Source: Alphaproteobacteria bacterium MarineAlpha5_Bin9 (GTDB lineage: Bacteria > Pseudomonadota > Alphaproteobacteria > HIMB59 > GCA-002718135). Taken from it: 64,000 bases of DNA. Positions 38,395-47,885 of this stretch are shown piece after piece (within the stretch, counting starts at the first letter, position 1; the number at the start of each line of letters is the position of its first letter). The DNA is taken from assembly GCA_002937895.1 (NCBI GenBank), contig PTKV01000002.1:2019-66018 (forward strand), read 5' to 3'. The position numbers were made by a program, and so were the translations under genes. Under the pieces are notes generated by a model. The model saw only the letters and a program-made list of their open reading frames with translations, ran no database searches and was not told the origin of the DNA.

Positions 38395-38820
38395 ATGTTT
38401 TATATTTATACCAAAAGAATAGTTGTTATTTTTTGTTTTTTTTTGTTCAGTTCCAGTCTGTTTTCTCACGGAACAATAATTGTAGAAAATGTCGAACATG
38501 GAGAGGGAGAAATTGATTTAAAAATTTATATTGATAAAAAATCATTCCTTGAAGAAGATCAGGCTTTTGAAACTATAAGGAAAAAAGCCACAAAAGGAGA
38601 AACTATCATTCCCCTAATAAAAACTCACGAGGGCAACTTAGCAATTGTGGTTTATCATGATGAAAATGGTGATGGAAAGCTAAATACTGGTCTATTTTGG
38701 AGACCAAAGGAAGGATTTGCTTTTAGTAATAATTATGTTCCAAAAGGACCTCCTAGCTTTAAAAAAGCATTAATTTCATTAGAGCACAATGTGCCTCATA
38801 AAATAAAGCTGAATTATTAA
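38395..38820 (+). CDS. DUF2141 family exported protein (start uncertain)
   Basis: Signal peptide; YHDENGDGKLN, PKEGFAFSNN, GPPSF. The in-frame ATG at 38395 avoids overlap with pabB. Confidence 0.75.
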   Translation: MFYIYTKRIVVIFCFFLFSSSLFSHGTIIVENVEHGEGEIDLKIYIDKKSFLEEDQAFETIRKKATKGETIIPLIKTHEGNLAIVVYHDENGDGKLNTGLFWRPKEGFAFSNNYVPKGPPSFKKALISLEHNVPHKIKLNY

Positions 38821-39692
38821 TTTATAAAAAAATCTTTTGGCTGATTAGAAATTTCTAATAATTTTTTTTGTAACTTATAAAGGGCTGCTCTTTCTATTTG
38901 TCTGACTCTTTCCTTGCTTATGCCCAGGTCGTTTCCAAGTTCTTCAAGAGTTTTCGCTTTTTCCTCAAGTTTTCTTGAAGTAATTATAATTTTCTCTCTA
39001 TCTTTTAAATAATTGAGGGCCTGATTAATCCATTTTTTTTTCAAATTACCATCAATACTTGCTTGAGTTGTTTGTTCTTGATTTGGATTTTCATCTTTTA
39101 ATAAAGAAATTAATTCGATATTTCTATTTTGATCCTCATATACAGTTTGATTTAAAGATTGATCACCTGCTTGTAATCTAGACTCCATATTTTGAATATC
39201 AAATTTATTAACCTTTAAAATACCTGATATAATTTTTAACTCATTCTCTCCCATAAAATCAATTGATGGATTTGTAATTTGCTTTTTCAATTTTTTTAGA
39301 TTAAAAAAAAGAGCTTTTTGTCCAGCTGTTGAGCCATTTTTAACTATAGACCAATTCTTTAATATATAATCTTGGATATTTGCCCTTATCCACCAACTTG
39401 CATAAGTAGACAGTCTAAAATCTTTTGAAAGATCAAATTTTTTTAATGCATGAATAATTCCAACTATTCCTTCGTTTATTAAATCTTCAAATGGTAGACC
39501 ATAATTAATATGCTTTCTTGCTATAGATACTACCAACCTTAAATATGATTTTAAAATTTTTTGAAGATCCTCCTCATTACCTAAATCTTTCCAGTTTTTA
39601 ATTAATTTATATTCTTCCTCCTTGCTTAAAATTTTTGCTTTAGAAGAATATTCAATCAGATTGTTAATAATTATTGATTTTTGATTAATCAT
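38817..39692 (-). CDS. rpoH: sigma-32 (RpoH) family sigma factor, possibly RpoH2-like
   Basis: DLINEG-VG, RLSTYASWWIRA-IQDYILKNWSIVK, RpoH box QKALFFNL, TLEELG…ISKERVRQIE. Start set at MINQK (39692). Confidence 0.88.
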   Translation of the reverse strand: MINQKSIIINNLIEYSSKAKILSKEEEYKLIKNWKDLGNEEDLQKILKSYLRLVVSIARKHINYGLPFEDLINEGIVGIIHALKKFDLSKDFRLSTYASWWIRANIQDYILKNWSIVKNGSTAGQKALFFNLKKLKKQITNPSIDFMGENELKIISGILKVNKFDIQNMESRLQAGDQSLNQTVYEDQNRNIELISLLKDENPNQEQTTQASIDGNLKKKWINQALNYLKDREKIIITSRKLEEKAKTLEELGNDLGISKERVRQIERAALYKLQKKLLEISNQPKDFFIN

Positions 39693-39918
39693 AATTAAAA
39701 AATAAGCAATAAAATAAATTTTACAATTATTATAAATATGCAAAAATTGCATATCAAAAATGTTTTATTTTAATAACATAGATAAATAACAAAAAATTAA
39801 AATCAAAAAAATTTTATAAACAAAAACATTACTTGAACTATATTAATCAATTATATAAAATTTAAAAATCAGGTAGATAAATAATTTATTTACCATACTC
39901 ATGTGGAAGGGAGTATTT

Positions 39919-40608
39919 ATGGAAACTTTTTTACAAGCTTCAGATTTTGTTGGAGTTACATTTTGGCTAGTATCTGTTGGAATGGTTGCTGCAACAGTTT
40001 TCTTTTTTTACGAAGGCTTAAGAGTGAAATCTGAATGGAGAACCTCACTAGTAATTGCAGGTTTAATAACTCTTATAGCGGCAATACATTATTATTATAT
40101 GAGAGATTATTGGGTTCATACAGGTGAATCACCTATTGTGTATAGATATATAGACTGGTTATTAACAGTTCCACTTCAAATGATTGAATTCTACATAATA
40201 CTAGTCGCAGCAGGTATTGCTGTTTCTTCAAACGCATTTTGGAGATTACTAGTTGGAACTTTAATTATGTTAATTGGTGGTTACATGGGTGAAAATCAAT
40301 GGATTAGTCCTCTTATGGGATTAATTATTGGTTTTGCTGGATGGGCAATCATTATTTGGGAAATTTTCCGTGGTGAAGCAAGTCAAGCATCTATGAACAA
40401 CGAAATTGTAAAAACCTGTTTTAATGCAATGAGAATAGTAGTTTTGGTTGGTTGGATAATTTATCCTCTTGGATATATTTCAGGAACCATGATGGGAGCT
40501 ATTGATGTAAATTCGCTAAATATAATTTACAATTTAGCAGACTTCATAAATAAAATTTTATTTGGTTTATTTATTTGGAATGCTGCTGTTAAAGCTTCGG
40601 CTAAATAA
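39919..40608 (+). CDS. proteorhodopsin, DTE proton pump, Gln105 blue-absorbing type
   Basis: 7 TM; AAIHY (His75), RYIDWLLTVPLQMIEF (D97/T101/Q105/E108 in GPR numbering), YNLADFINK (retinal Lys). GGGAG SD precedes ATG 39919. Confidence 0.95.
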   Translation: METFLQASDFVGVTFWLVSVGMVAATVFFFYEGLRVKSEWRTSLVIAGLITLIAAIHYYYMRDYWVHTGESPIVYRYIDWLLTVPLQMIEFYIILVAAGIAVSSNAFWRLLVGTLIMLIGGYMGENQWISPLMGLIIGFAGWAIIIWEIFRGEASQASMNNEIVKTCFNAMRIVVLVGWIIYPLGYISGTMMGAIDVNSLNIIYNLADFINKILFGLFIWNAAVKASAK

Positions 40609-40623
40609 TTTTAAAAAAACCTT

Positions 40624-40653
40624 AAAAAGCCTCTATAATTAGGGGCTTTTTTT
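40624..40653 (+). terminator. intrinsic terminator after proteorhodopsin
   Basis: AAAAAGCCTCT-ATAATT-AGGGGCTTTTTTT. Confidence 0.85.
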
Positions 40654-40723
40654 ATTTCATTTATTAACTAGAATTTAAAGTTTAAAAGTCCTTTCTGAAT
40701 AATGTAAAGTAAAAATTTATTAT

Positions 40724-42109
40724 ATGACTAAGTTATATATTTATAACAGTTTGGGAAATCAAAAAGAAGAATTTATCCCGATTGATTCGTCTCACGTTAG
40801 AATTTATGCTTGTGGTCCTACGGTATATAGCTATGCGCACATTGGAAATGCAAGAATGGCTGTAGTCAATGATTTATTAACGAAAATAATAAAAAAAATT
40901 TATCCTAAAGTAACTTATGTCTCAAATATAACTGACATAGACGATAAAATTATTAAAACATCTCAAGATTTAAATGTTCCCTTTAAACAAATAACAAGAA
41001 AATTTGAAAAAATATATAATGAAGATATGATTAATCTTGGTGTAATTAAGCCTGATATCCAGCCAAGAGCAACAGAATATATTTCTGACATGATAAAGTT
41101 AATTCAAAAACTTATTAAAAATAATAATGCTTATGAAAAAGATAAACATGTTTTGTTTCATGTTCCTTCATTTCAAAAATATGGTGAGTTGTCAGGAAGA
41201 AATAGGGAAGAACAAATTATTGGAAGTAGGGTTGAGGTAGCTCCATTTAAAAAAGATCCTACCGATTTTGTTTTGTGGAAACCAAGTGCAAATAATGTTC
41301 CCGGTTGGGATTCTCCTTGGGGATATGGCAGGCCAGGCTGGCATCTTGAATGTTCTGCAATGTCAGAAAAAACTTTAGACATCCCTTTTGATATTCATAG
41401 TGGCGGAGTTGATCTAATTTTTCCACATCATGAAAACGAAATAGCTCAATCTTGTGCAGCGCATAAAAATAACAATCCAAAATCTTTTGCAAAATATTGG
41501 GTGCATAATGGTTTTGTAATTGTTGATGGAGAAAAAATGTCAAAATCACAGGGAAATATTCGTTTAGTAAATGATCTTATAAAAAGCTATGATGGGGAAG
41601 TTTTAAGACTCACCCTTATCTCAGCTCACTACAGACAACCTTTAAATTGGACTATTAGCGCAATCAATCAATCTAAAAATATTCTTGATAAGTTTTATCG
41701 CACATTAAAAGAACTTGAGAAAATTGAAATACCAGATAAAATCGATATCCCTGAAAAAGTTTTTAATGCTTTATGTGATGATATGAACACCCCTCAGGCA
41801 CTTGCTGAATTAAATAAAATTATTAAAAATCTTAATACCGCAAGTAAAGATGAAAAAATATTTATCAAATCAAGTATTATTGGAGCGGGTAATATTTTAG
41901 GAATATTTCAAAAAAACCCCAATGAATGGCTTAACTATGGAAGATCAGAAATTTTAGATGACAAAACAGTAAATAAGTTGATAAACGAAAGAAATAAAGC
42001 TCGTAAAAATAAAGATTTCAAAAAAGCTGATGAGATAAGAGAAAAATTGAAAAATAAAGGAATTGAAATAGAAGATAAAGAAAATGAAACAATCTGGAGA
42101 AGTATCTAA
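40724..42109 (+). CDS. cysS: cysteine--tRNA ligase
   Basis: YACGPTVY, HIGN, GRPGWHLEC, FPHHENE, KMSKS. Confidence 0.97.
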   Translation: MTKLYIYNSLGNQKEEFIPIDSSHVRIYACGPTVYSYAHIGNARMAVVNDLLTKIIKKIYPKVTYVSNITDIDDKIIKTSQDLNVPFKQITRKFEKIYNEDMINLGVIKPDIQPRATEYISDMIKLIQKLIKNNNAYEKDKHVLFHVPSFQKYGELSGRNREEQIIGSRVEVAPFKKDPTDFVLWKPSANNVPGWDSPWGYGRPGWHLECSAMSEKTLDIPFDIHSGGVDLIFPHHENEIAQSCAAHKNNNPKSFAKYWVHNGFVIVDGEKMSKSQGNIRLVNDLIKSYDGEVLRLTLISAHYRQPLNWTISAINQSKNILDKFYRTLKELEKIEIPDKIDIPEKVFNALCDDMNTPQALAELNKIIKNLNTASKDEKIFIKSSIIGAGNILGIFQKNPNEWLNYGRSEILDDKTVNKLINERNKARKNKDFKKADEIREKLKNKGIEIEDKENETIWRSI

Positions 42110-42113
42110 AAAA

Positions 42114-44036
42114 ATGGGGGAACAAGTTGAAATAAAACTTACTGATGGGAGTATAAAAAAAATCTTAAAAGGAACAACAGGCAAAAACATTGCTGAAAAT
42201 ATTTCTAAGTCACTGGCTAAAGAAGCTATAGCTATTGAAGTAAATGGAATTATAAAAGATCTAAGTTATAAAATAGATGCTGATTGTCATATTAATATCA
42301 TTAAAAAAGATAATGAAAAAGCATTAAAGCTAATAAGGCACGATTGCGCTCATGTAATGGCAGAAGCAGTTCAAGAATTATTTCCAGACACTCAAGTTGC
42401 AATTGGTCCTACAATTGAAAATGGATTTTATTATGATTTTTATAAAAAAAAACCATTTATCGAAGAAGATTTAGAAAAAATTGAAAAAAGAATGCACAAA
42501 ATAATATCTAAAAATGAATTTTTTATAAGAAAAATTTTAACAAAAAAAGAAGCGATGGATCTTTTTAAAAAAAAGAAGGAAGATTATAAGATTGAAATAA
42601 TTAAAGATTTAAAAAAATCTGAAGAGATATCAATATATAATCAAGGAAAATGGTTCGATTTATGTAGGGGGCCTCATATGCCTTCTACCAAATTTATTGG
42701 AAAATCCTTTAAACTTATGAAAGTAGCTGGGGCATATTGGAGAGGAGATTCAAAAAACACAATGCTTACACGCATTTATGGCACAGCGTGGAGAAATGAA
42801 AATGAATTAGAAAAATATTTAAATCAAATTGAAGAAGCCGAAAAAAGAGACCATAGAAAATTAGGAAAAGAAATGGACTTATTTCATTTTCAAGAAGAGG
42901 CTCCTGGAGCTGTGTTTTGGCATCCCAAAGGATGGTATTTATTTCAATCATTAATTAATTACATGCGAGAAAGACAAAATAATGAGGGGTATGTAGAAAC
43001 AAATACACCTGAATTAATTGATCGTTCTTTGTGGGAAGCATCAGGACATTGGGAAAAATTTGGAGATAACATGTTTACAACAGATCCTAAAGAAGAAAAG
43101 GTTTTTGCTATAAAACCAATGAATTGTCCAGGAGCTGTTGAAATTTATAAAAAAGGGTTGAAAAGTTATAGAGATCTGCCCTTACGTATTTCAGAATTTG
43201 GAAAGGTTCATAGATATGAACCATCTGGTGCTCTGCATGGACTGATGCGTGTTAGAGCTTTTACTCAAGATGATGCCCATATTTTTTGTACTGAAAAACA
43301 AATAACCTCTGAATGCAAAAGTATCTGTGATCTTATTTTAAGTATTTATAAGGATTTTGGATTTTTAGATGTTAGAATCAAATTTTCTGACAGACCACAA
43401 CAGCGTGTTGGTGATGATGATATTTGGGACAAATCTGAGATCGCATTAAAAGAAGCAATGGAGGCAACAGGATTAAAATATACGCTTAATCCTGGGGAGG
43501 GTGCTTTTTATGGTCCTAAATTAGAATTTATTTTAAGAGATGCAATAGGGCGGGATTGGCAATGCGGAACTCTGCAAGTTGATCTTAATTTACCCAAAAG
43601 ACTTGGTGCCTCATATATTACTGAAGATGGTCAAAAGAAAACTCCTGTTATGCTTCACAGAGCTTTGTTTGGATCATTAGAACGTTTTACAGGAATCTTA
43701 ATTGAACACTATGCGGGAAACCTTCCTCTATGGCTTGCTCCAACACAGATAGTAATAGCAACAATAACCTCTGATTCTAATGATTATGCTATAAACTTAA
43801 AAAGTAAATTTATTAAGGAGGGGTTTAGGGTTGAGCTTGATATACGAAATGAAAAAATTGGTTATAAAATTCGAGAACATAGCAATCAAAAAAAGCCAAT
43901 AATTTTAGCAGTTGGAAAAAAAGAGGAAAAAGAAGAAACTGTATCTGTTAGAAAACTAGGCAGCTCCAATACTACAATCTTAAAAGTTGAAAAAGTTATA
44001 ACAAATTTAAAAAAAGAAATTATATCACTGATTTAA
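42114..44036 (+). CDS. thrS: threonine--tRNA ligase
   Basis: TGS domain, RHDCAH, DLCRGPH, RDHRKLG, KPMNCP, RVRAFTQDDAH. Start set at ATG 42114, after the cysS stop. Confidence 0.97.
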   Translation: MGEQVEIKLTDGSIKKILKGTTGKNIAENISKSLAKEAIAIEVNGIIKDLSYKIDADCHINIIKKDNEKALKLIRHDCAHVMAEAVQELFPDTQVAIGPTIENGFYYDFYKKKPFIEEDLEKIEKRMHKIISKNEFFIRKILTKKEAMDLFKKKKEDYKIEIIKDLKKSEEISIYNQGKWFDLCRGPHMPSTKFIGKSFKLMKVAGAYWRGDSKNTMLTRIYGTAWRNENELEKYLNQIEEAEKRDHRKLGKEMDLFHFQEEAPGAVFWHPKGWYLFQSLINYMRERQNNEGYVETNTPELIDRSLWEASGHWEKFGDNMFTTDPKEEKVFAIKPMNCPGAVEIYKKGLKSYRDLPLRISEFGKVHRYEPSGALHGLMRVRAFTQDDAHIFCTEKQITSECKSICDLILSIYKDFGFLDVRIKFSDRPQQRVGDDDIWDKSEIALKEAMEATGLKYTLNPGEGAFYGPKLEFILRDAIGRDWQCGTLQVDLNLPKRLGASYITEDGQKKTPVMLHRALFGSLERFTGILIEHYAGNLPLWLAPTQIVIATITSDSNDYAINLKSKFIKEGFRVELDIRNEKIGYKIREHSNQKKPIILAVGKKEEKEETVSVRKLGSSNTTILKVEKVITNLKKEIISLI

Positions 44037-44039
44037 ATT

Positions 44040-44507
44040 ATGAAAATTATTTTTGAAAAAAGAAAAAGCATTAAGCAAGTTGAAGAGTCTAGTAGTTTTG
44101 CACCTAAATTTGATAAAAATGGATTAATTCCTGTTGTGACTTCAGATTATAAAACTGGAGAAATATTAATGCATGGCTACATGAATTCTTATGCCCTTAA
44201 AAAAAGTATAGAAATTAAGCAAGCAGTATACTTTTCTAGAAGTAGAAAAAAAATTTGGCATAAAGGTAAGACTAGTGGTTTTATTCAAAAAATTAAAGAA
44301 GTAAGAATTGATGATGATCAAGACTGTGTTTTACTTAAAGTAAAAGTAGTCGGGGGAGCAAGTTGTCATGTTGGCTATCGATCATGTTTTTATAGATCTA
44401 TACCCTTAAACTCTTTGGGTAAGTTAAAATTAAAATTTAAAGATAAAAAGAAAGTCTTTGATCCTAAAAAAGTATACATAAATCAAAAAAACCCAACAAA
44501 ACTATGA
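44040..44507 (+). CDS. hisI: phosphoribosyl-AMP cyclohydrolase
   Basis: FSRSR-IWHKG-TSG, DDDQD, SCHVGYRSCFY. Confidence 0.93.
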   Translation: MKIIFEKRKSIKQVEESSSFAPKFDKNGLIPVVTSDYKTGEILMHGYMNSYALKKSIEIKQAVYFSRSRKKIWHKGKTSGFIQKIKEVRIDDDQDCVLLKVKVVGGASCHVGYRSCFYRSIPLNSLGKLKLKFKDKKKVFDPKKVYINQKNPTKL

Positions 44508-44511
44508 TACA

Positions 44512-44760
44512 TTACTTTTCTTTAGTAATTAATGACAAAAGTAATAAAATTACTATACTTATTAAACCACAAAAAATAGCCCCAAAAAACACATTAGATA
44601 AAATTATAAAAAAAATTTGCATATTATAAATTTTTTGGAAAAAAAGAGGATTTTCAAGAATTTGATCTATAAATAGAATTATAGAAATAACTATTAGACC
44701 TGTTAGAAACCCACGTTTGTAATAACTCATCCAAGAATTTTTGAACAATTTAAAATTCAT
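44512..44760 (-). CDS. hypothetical small membrane protein (2 TM)
   Basis: 82-aa ORF with two hydrophobic segments that fills the gap between hisI and guaD. Confidence 0.6.
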   Translation of the reverse strand: MNFKLFKNSWMSYYKRGFLTGLIVISIILFIDQILENPLFFQKIYNMQIFFIILSNVFFGAIFCGLISIVILLLLSLITKEK

Positions 44761-44810
44761 GCTAGTACTATATACAATATTATTTGTATCGTCTAAAGAG
44801 AGAATTATTA

Positions 44811-46112
44811 ATGAGTAAAATTATTTTAAAAGGAAGAACTCTAAGTTTTTTAAGACAACCAAAAAATGTAAATGATTCTTCATCATATGAATATAATGAG
44901 AGTGGGGCAATATTAATTAACAATGGAATAATTGAGAAAGTAGAATCATATGAAAAAATAAAAAAAACAATAAGTAAAAACATTAAAATATTTGATCATT
45001 CGGGTAAGTTATTAATGCCAGGATTTATAGATCCCCATTTGCATTATCCTCAAACAAAAATAATTGGTTCATATGCATCAAATTTATTAGAATGGTTAAA
45101 AAAATATACATTTTTAGAGGAAAAAAAATATTCAAATAAAGAATACTCTATAAAAGCATCAAAGATTTTTTTTAATGAGTTAATTAATAATGGCACTACT
45201 TCATGTGCTAGTTTTTGTACTACTAGCAAAAATTCTGTTGAAGCCTTCTTTTCAGAAGCCAAAAAAAGAAATATGATGGTAATAGGTGGAAAAACTTTAA
45301 TGGATCGTAATGCTCCCAAAACCTTGTTAGAAAATTCAACAAAAGGATATGAGTTAACAAAAAAGTTAATTAATAAATGGCACAATAATGGAAGATGTTT
45401 ATATGCAATTACACCTAGATTTGCTATTACTTCAACTATTGAGCAGATGAAAAGTGTTCAAACTTTAAAAGAAGAATACCCTGAATGTTATTTGCAAACT
45501 CATTTGTCTGAAAATTTTGAGGAAATTGAATTGGTAAAAAAACTTTATCCTTCATTCAAAAATTATACATCTATATATGAACATTATGGTTTTTTAGGGA
45601 AAAAAAGTCTTTTTGGTCATTGTATACATTTATCAGAAAGTGAGCTGGATCTTCTAAATGAATCTCATTCTAAAGTTATTTTCTGTCCAACATCAAATCT
45701 TTTTCTTGGAAGCGGTTTGTTTGATCTAAAAAAAATTAACAAAAAAAATAATATCCAAATTGGAGTGGCAACAGATATTGGTGGAGGAACAAGTTTCAAT
45801 ATGCTTAAAACTCTAGATGAGGCTTATAAGATATGCCAATTACAAAAAAATAAAATTTCCTCGTTAGATTCTTTTTATCATATTACTCTTGGTAATGCTA
45901 AGTGCTTATCTTTAGAATCAAAAATAGGGACCCTATCTAAAGGAAGTGATGCTGATATAGTTGTAATTGATTCTAGAGCCACCTCATCTCTTGAAATAAG
46001 AAAAAATAACTTGAATAGTTTAGAGGAAGAACTATTTTATATTCAAACTCTAGGAGATGATAGGTGTATTTCTCAAGTATATATCAAGGGAAAACCAGCT
46101 AAAAATACTTAA
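44811..46112 (+). CDS. guaD: guanine deaminase
   Basis: PGFIDPHLHYPQ, LLEWL-KYTF, NGTT, ITPRFA, QTHLSEN, HCIHL, CPTSN-FLGSG, TDIGGG, GDDR. Confidence 0.93.
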   Translation: MSKIILKGRTLSFLRQPKNVNDSSSYEYNESGAILINNGIIEKVESYEKIKKTISKNIKIFDHSGKLLMPGFIDPHLHYPQTKIIGSYASNLLEWLKKYTFLEEKKYSNKEYSIKASKIFFNELINNGTTSCASFCTTSKNSVEAFFSEAKKRNMMVIGGKTLMDRNAPKTLLENSTKGYELTKKLINKWHNNGRCLYAITPRFAITSTIEQMKSVQTLKEEYPECYLQTHLSENFEEIELVKKLYPSFKNYTSIYEHYGFLGKKSLFGHCIHLSESELDLLNESHSKVIFCPTSNLFLGSGLFDLKKINKKNNIQIGVATDIGGGTSFNMLKTLDEAYKICQLQKNKISSLDSFYHITLGNAKCLSLESKIGTLSKGSDADIVVIDSRATSSLEIRKNNLNSLEEELFYIQTLGDDRCISQVYIKGKPAKNT

Positions 46113-46170
46113 AAAACTAATTTACAATTAAATACAAATATATAGATGTCAAAAATATATAGGAACAAAA

Positions 46171-46764
46171 TTGAATAAAAAGTCATTAAAATTAATTGAA
46201 ACGTGTAAACTGCCCACAAAATATGGGAATTTTAAACTTTATGCTTTTAAGGAGAAAAAAACAAAAAAGGAGCATCTAGCAATTGTATTAGGAGTTTTAA
46301 AAAATAAATCACCAAGCCTAATTAGATTACACTCACAATGTTTATCGGGAGAATCCTTTTTTAGCTTAAGGTGTGATTGTAGATTTCAATTAACAGAGTC
46401 TTTAAAAAAAATAAAAAAAAATAAATCAGGAGCAATTATATACCTTCAACAAGAAGGACGAGATATAGGTTTGCTTAATAAAATAAAAGCTTATAAGCTT
46501 CAAGATCAAGGACTTGACACAGTTGAAGCAAATCATAAATTAGGCTTCGATAAAGACCCAAGAAACTATAAAATAGCTACTGAAATAATTAAATTTTTTG
46601 GAATAAAAAAAATAAATTTAATTACCAACAATCCAAAAAAAATTAATGCGATAAAATTAACAGGCATTAAAATTAACAAACGAATTCCAATAAAATCAAA
46701 TACCAATAATCACAACAAAGATTATTTAAGAACAAAAGAGAAAAAATTAGGCCATCTCTTGTAA
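46171..46764 (+). CDS. ribA: GTP cyclohydrolase II
   Basis: RLHSQCLSGE…RCDC (Zn), QEGR-IGL-NK, DTVEAN, TNNP-K, LGHLL; TTG start. Confidence 0.92.
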   Translation: MNKKSLKLIETCKLPTKYGNFKLYAFKEKKTKKEHLAIVLGVLKNKSPSLIRLHSQCLSGESFFSLRCDCRFQLTESLKKIKKNKSGAIIYLQQEGRDIGLLNKIKAYKLQDQGLDTVEANHKLGFDKDPRNYKIATEIIKFFGIKKINLITNNPKKINAIKLTGIKINKRIPIKSNTNNHNKDYLRTKEKKLGHLL

Positions 46765-46766
46765 AG

Positions 46767-47168
46767 ATGAATAATAACGAAAAATTATTAATAAAAAAAC
46801 TTAAACTTATACCTCACCCTGAGGGAGGACTCTACTCTGAAAGTTTTAGAGACAAAAAAGGATCTGTTAGTTTAATTTATTATCTACTAAGAAAAGGGGA
46901 AACTTCTCATTGGCACAAGCTAAAAAAGAATGAGATACTTCATTTTTATGATGGTGATCCAATAGAAATTTTTTTAAGTAAAGATAAAATAAAAATTAAT
47001 AAAGTTATACTCGGAGCAAGTTCAAAGTTTAATTATCATTATATTGTTAGTGCAAATACTTGGTTTGGAATGAAGTCAAAGGGTTTATGGTCTTTAATTG
47101 GATGTGTTGTAGCGCCAGCTTTTGAATTTAGTGATTTAGTAATTGATAATACAAATTGGAAACTATAA
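46767..47168 (+). CDS. Cupin_5 (DUF985) family protein
   Basis: L-PHPEGG-Y-E, IYYLL, SHWH, E-LHFYDG, GCVVAP-FEF-D. Confidence 0.85.
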   Translation: MNNNEKLLIKKLKLIPHPEGGLYSESFRDKKGSVSLIYYLLRKGETSHWHKLKKNEILHFYDGDPIEIFLSKDKIKINKVILGASSKFNYHYIVSANTWFGMKSKGLWSLIGCVVAPAFEFSDLVIDNTNWKL

Positions 47169-47201
47169 TAAGTTGATAATAATAAGTGATAATTTTTCTT
47201 T

Positions 47202-47885
47202 ATGATTTTTAGACAGTTTTTTGATAGTGTTTCATCTACATATACATACTTAATCTCAAGTGGTAAGGGTAGAGAGGCCCTAATTATAGATCCTGTATTT
47301 GAAAAAACTAATCAATATATTCAGTTGTTGGAACAATTAGAGCTAAAACTCGTAAAAGTAATAGATACTCATATTCATGCTGATCATATATCAGGTCTTA
47401 GAGAGCTGCAAAAAAGAACAAAGTGTATTACTTTAATGGGTGAAGGTGCTCCAGCAGAAGTAATTTCTATGCATGTTAAAGATAATGAGAAGATAGAAAT
47501 AGAAAATATTAAATTACAAGCCATGTACACACCAGGGCATACGGATGACTCTTATAGTTTTTTAATGAATGATAGAGTTTTCACAGGTGATACATTGTTA
47601 ATAAAAGGTACGGGAAGAACAGACTTTCAAAATGGAAACCCCTATGATCAATATCATTCACTGTTTGATAAAATTTTAAAATTACCTGAAGAAACATTTA
47701 TCTATCCTGCTCATGACTACAAAGGCGAAAATGTTAGCACTATAGGTGAAGAAAAAAAATATAATCCTAGACTTCAAGTAAATTCTGTTCAGGAATATGT
47801 AAAAATAATGGAAAATCTAAAATTAAAAAATCCAAAAATGATGGATATAGCAATACCTATAAATTCTGGTAAAAAAAATATTTAA
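47202..47885 (+). CDS. persulfide dioxygenase (ETHE1-like MBL-fold), no rhodanese domain
   Basis: SSTYTYL, IDPV, THIHADHISG, TPGHT, FTGDTLLI-G-GRTDFQ, YPAHDY, EKKYNPRL. Confidence 0.85.
   Translation: MIFRQFFDSVSSTYTYLISSGKGREALIIDPVFEKTNQYIQLLEQLELKLVKVIDTHIHADHISGLRELQKRTKCITLMGEGAPAEVISMHVKDNEKIEIENIKLQAMYTPGHTDDSYSFLMNDRVFTGDTLLIKGTGRTDFQNGNPYDQYHSLFDKILKLPEETFIYPAHDYKGENVSTIGEEKKYNPRLQVNSVQEYVKIMENLKLKNPKMMDIAIPINSGKKNI

Noticed and set aside
40300-40350. Carotenoid-antenna fenestration in proteorhodopsin helix E
   Set aside because: By manual alignment (GLIIGFAGW versus AFIIGCLAW) the residue at the xanthorhodopsin Gly156-equivalent position is Leu, not Gly.
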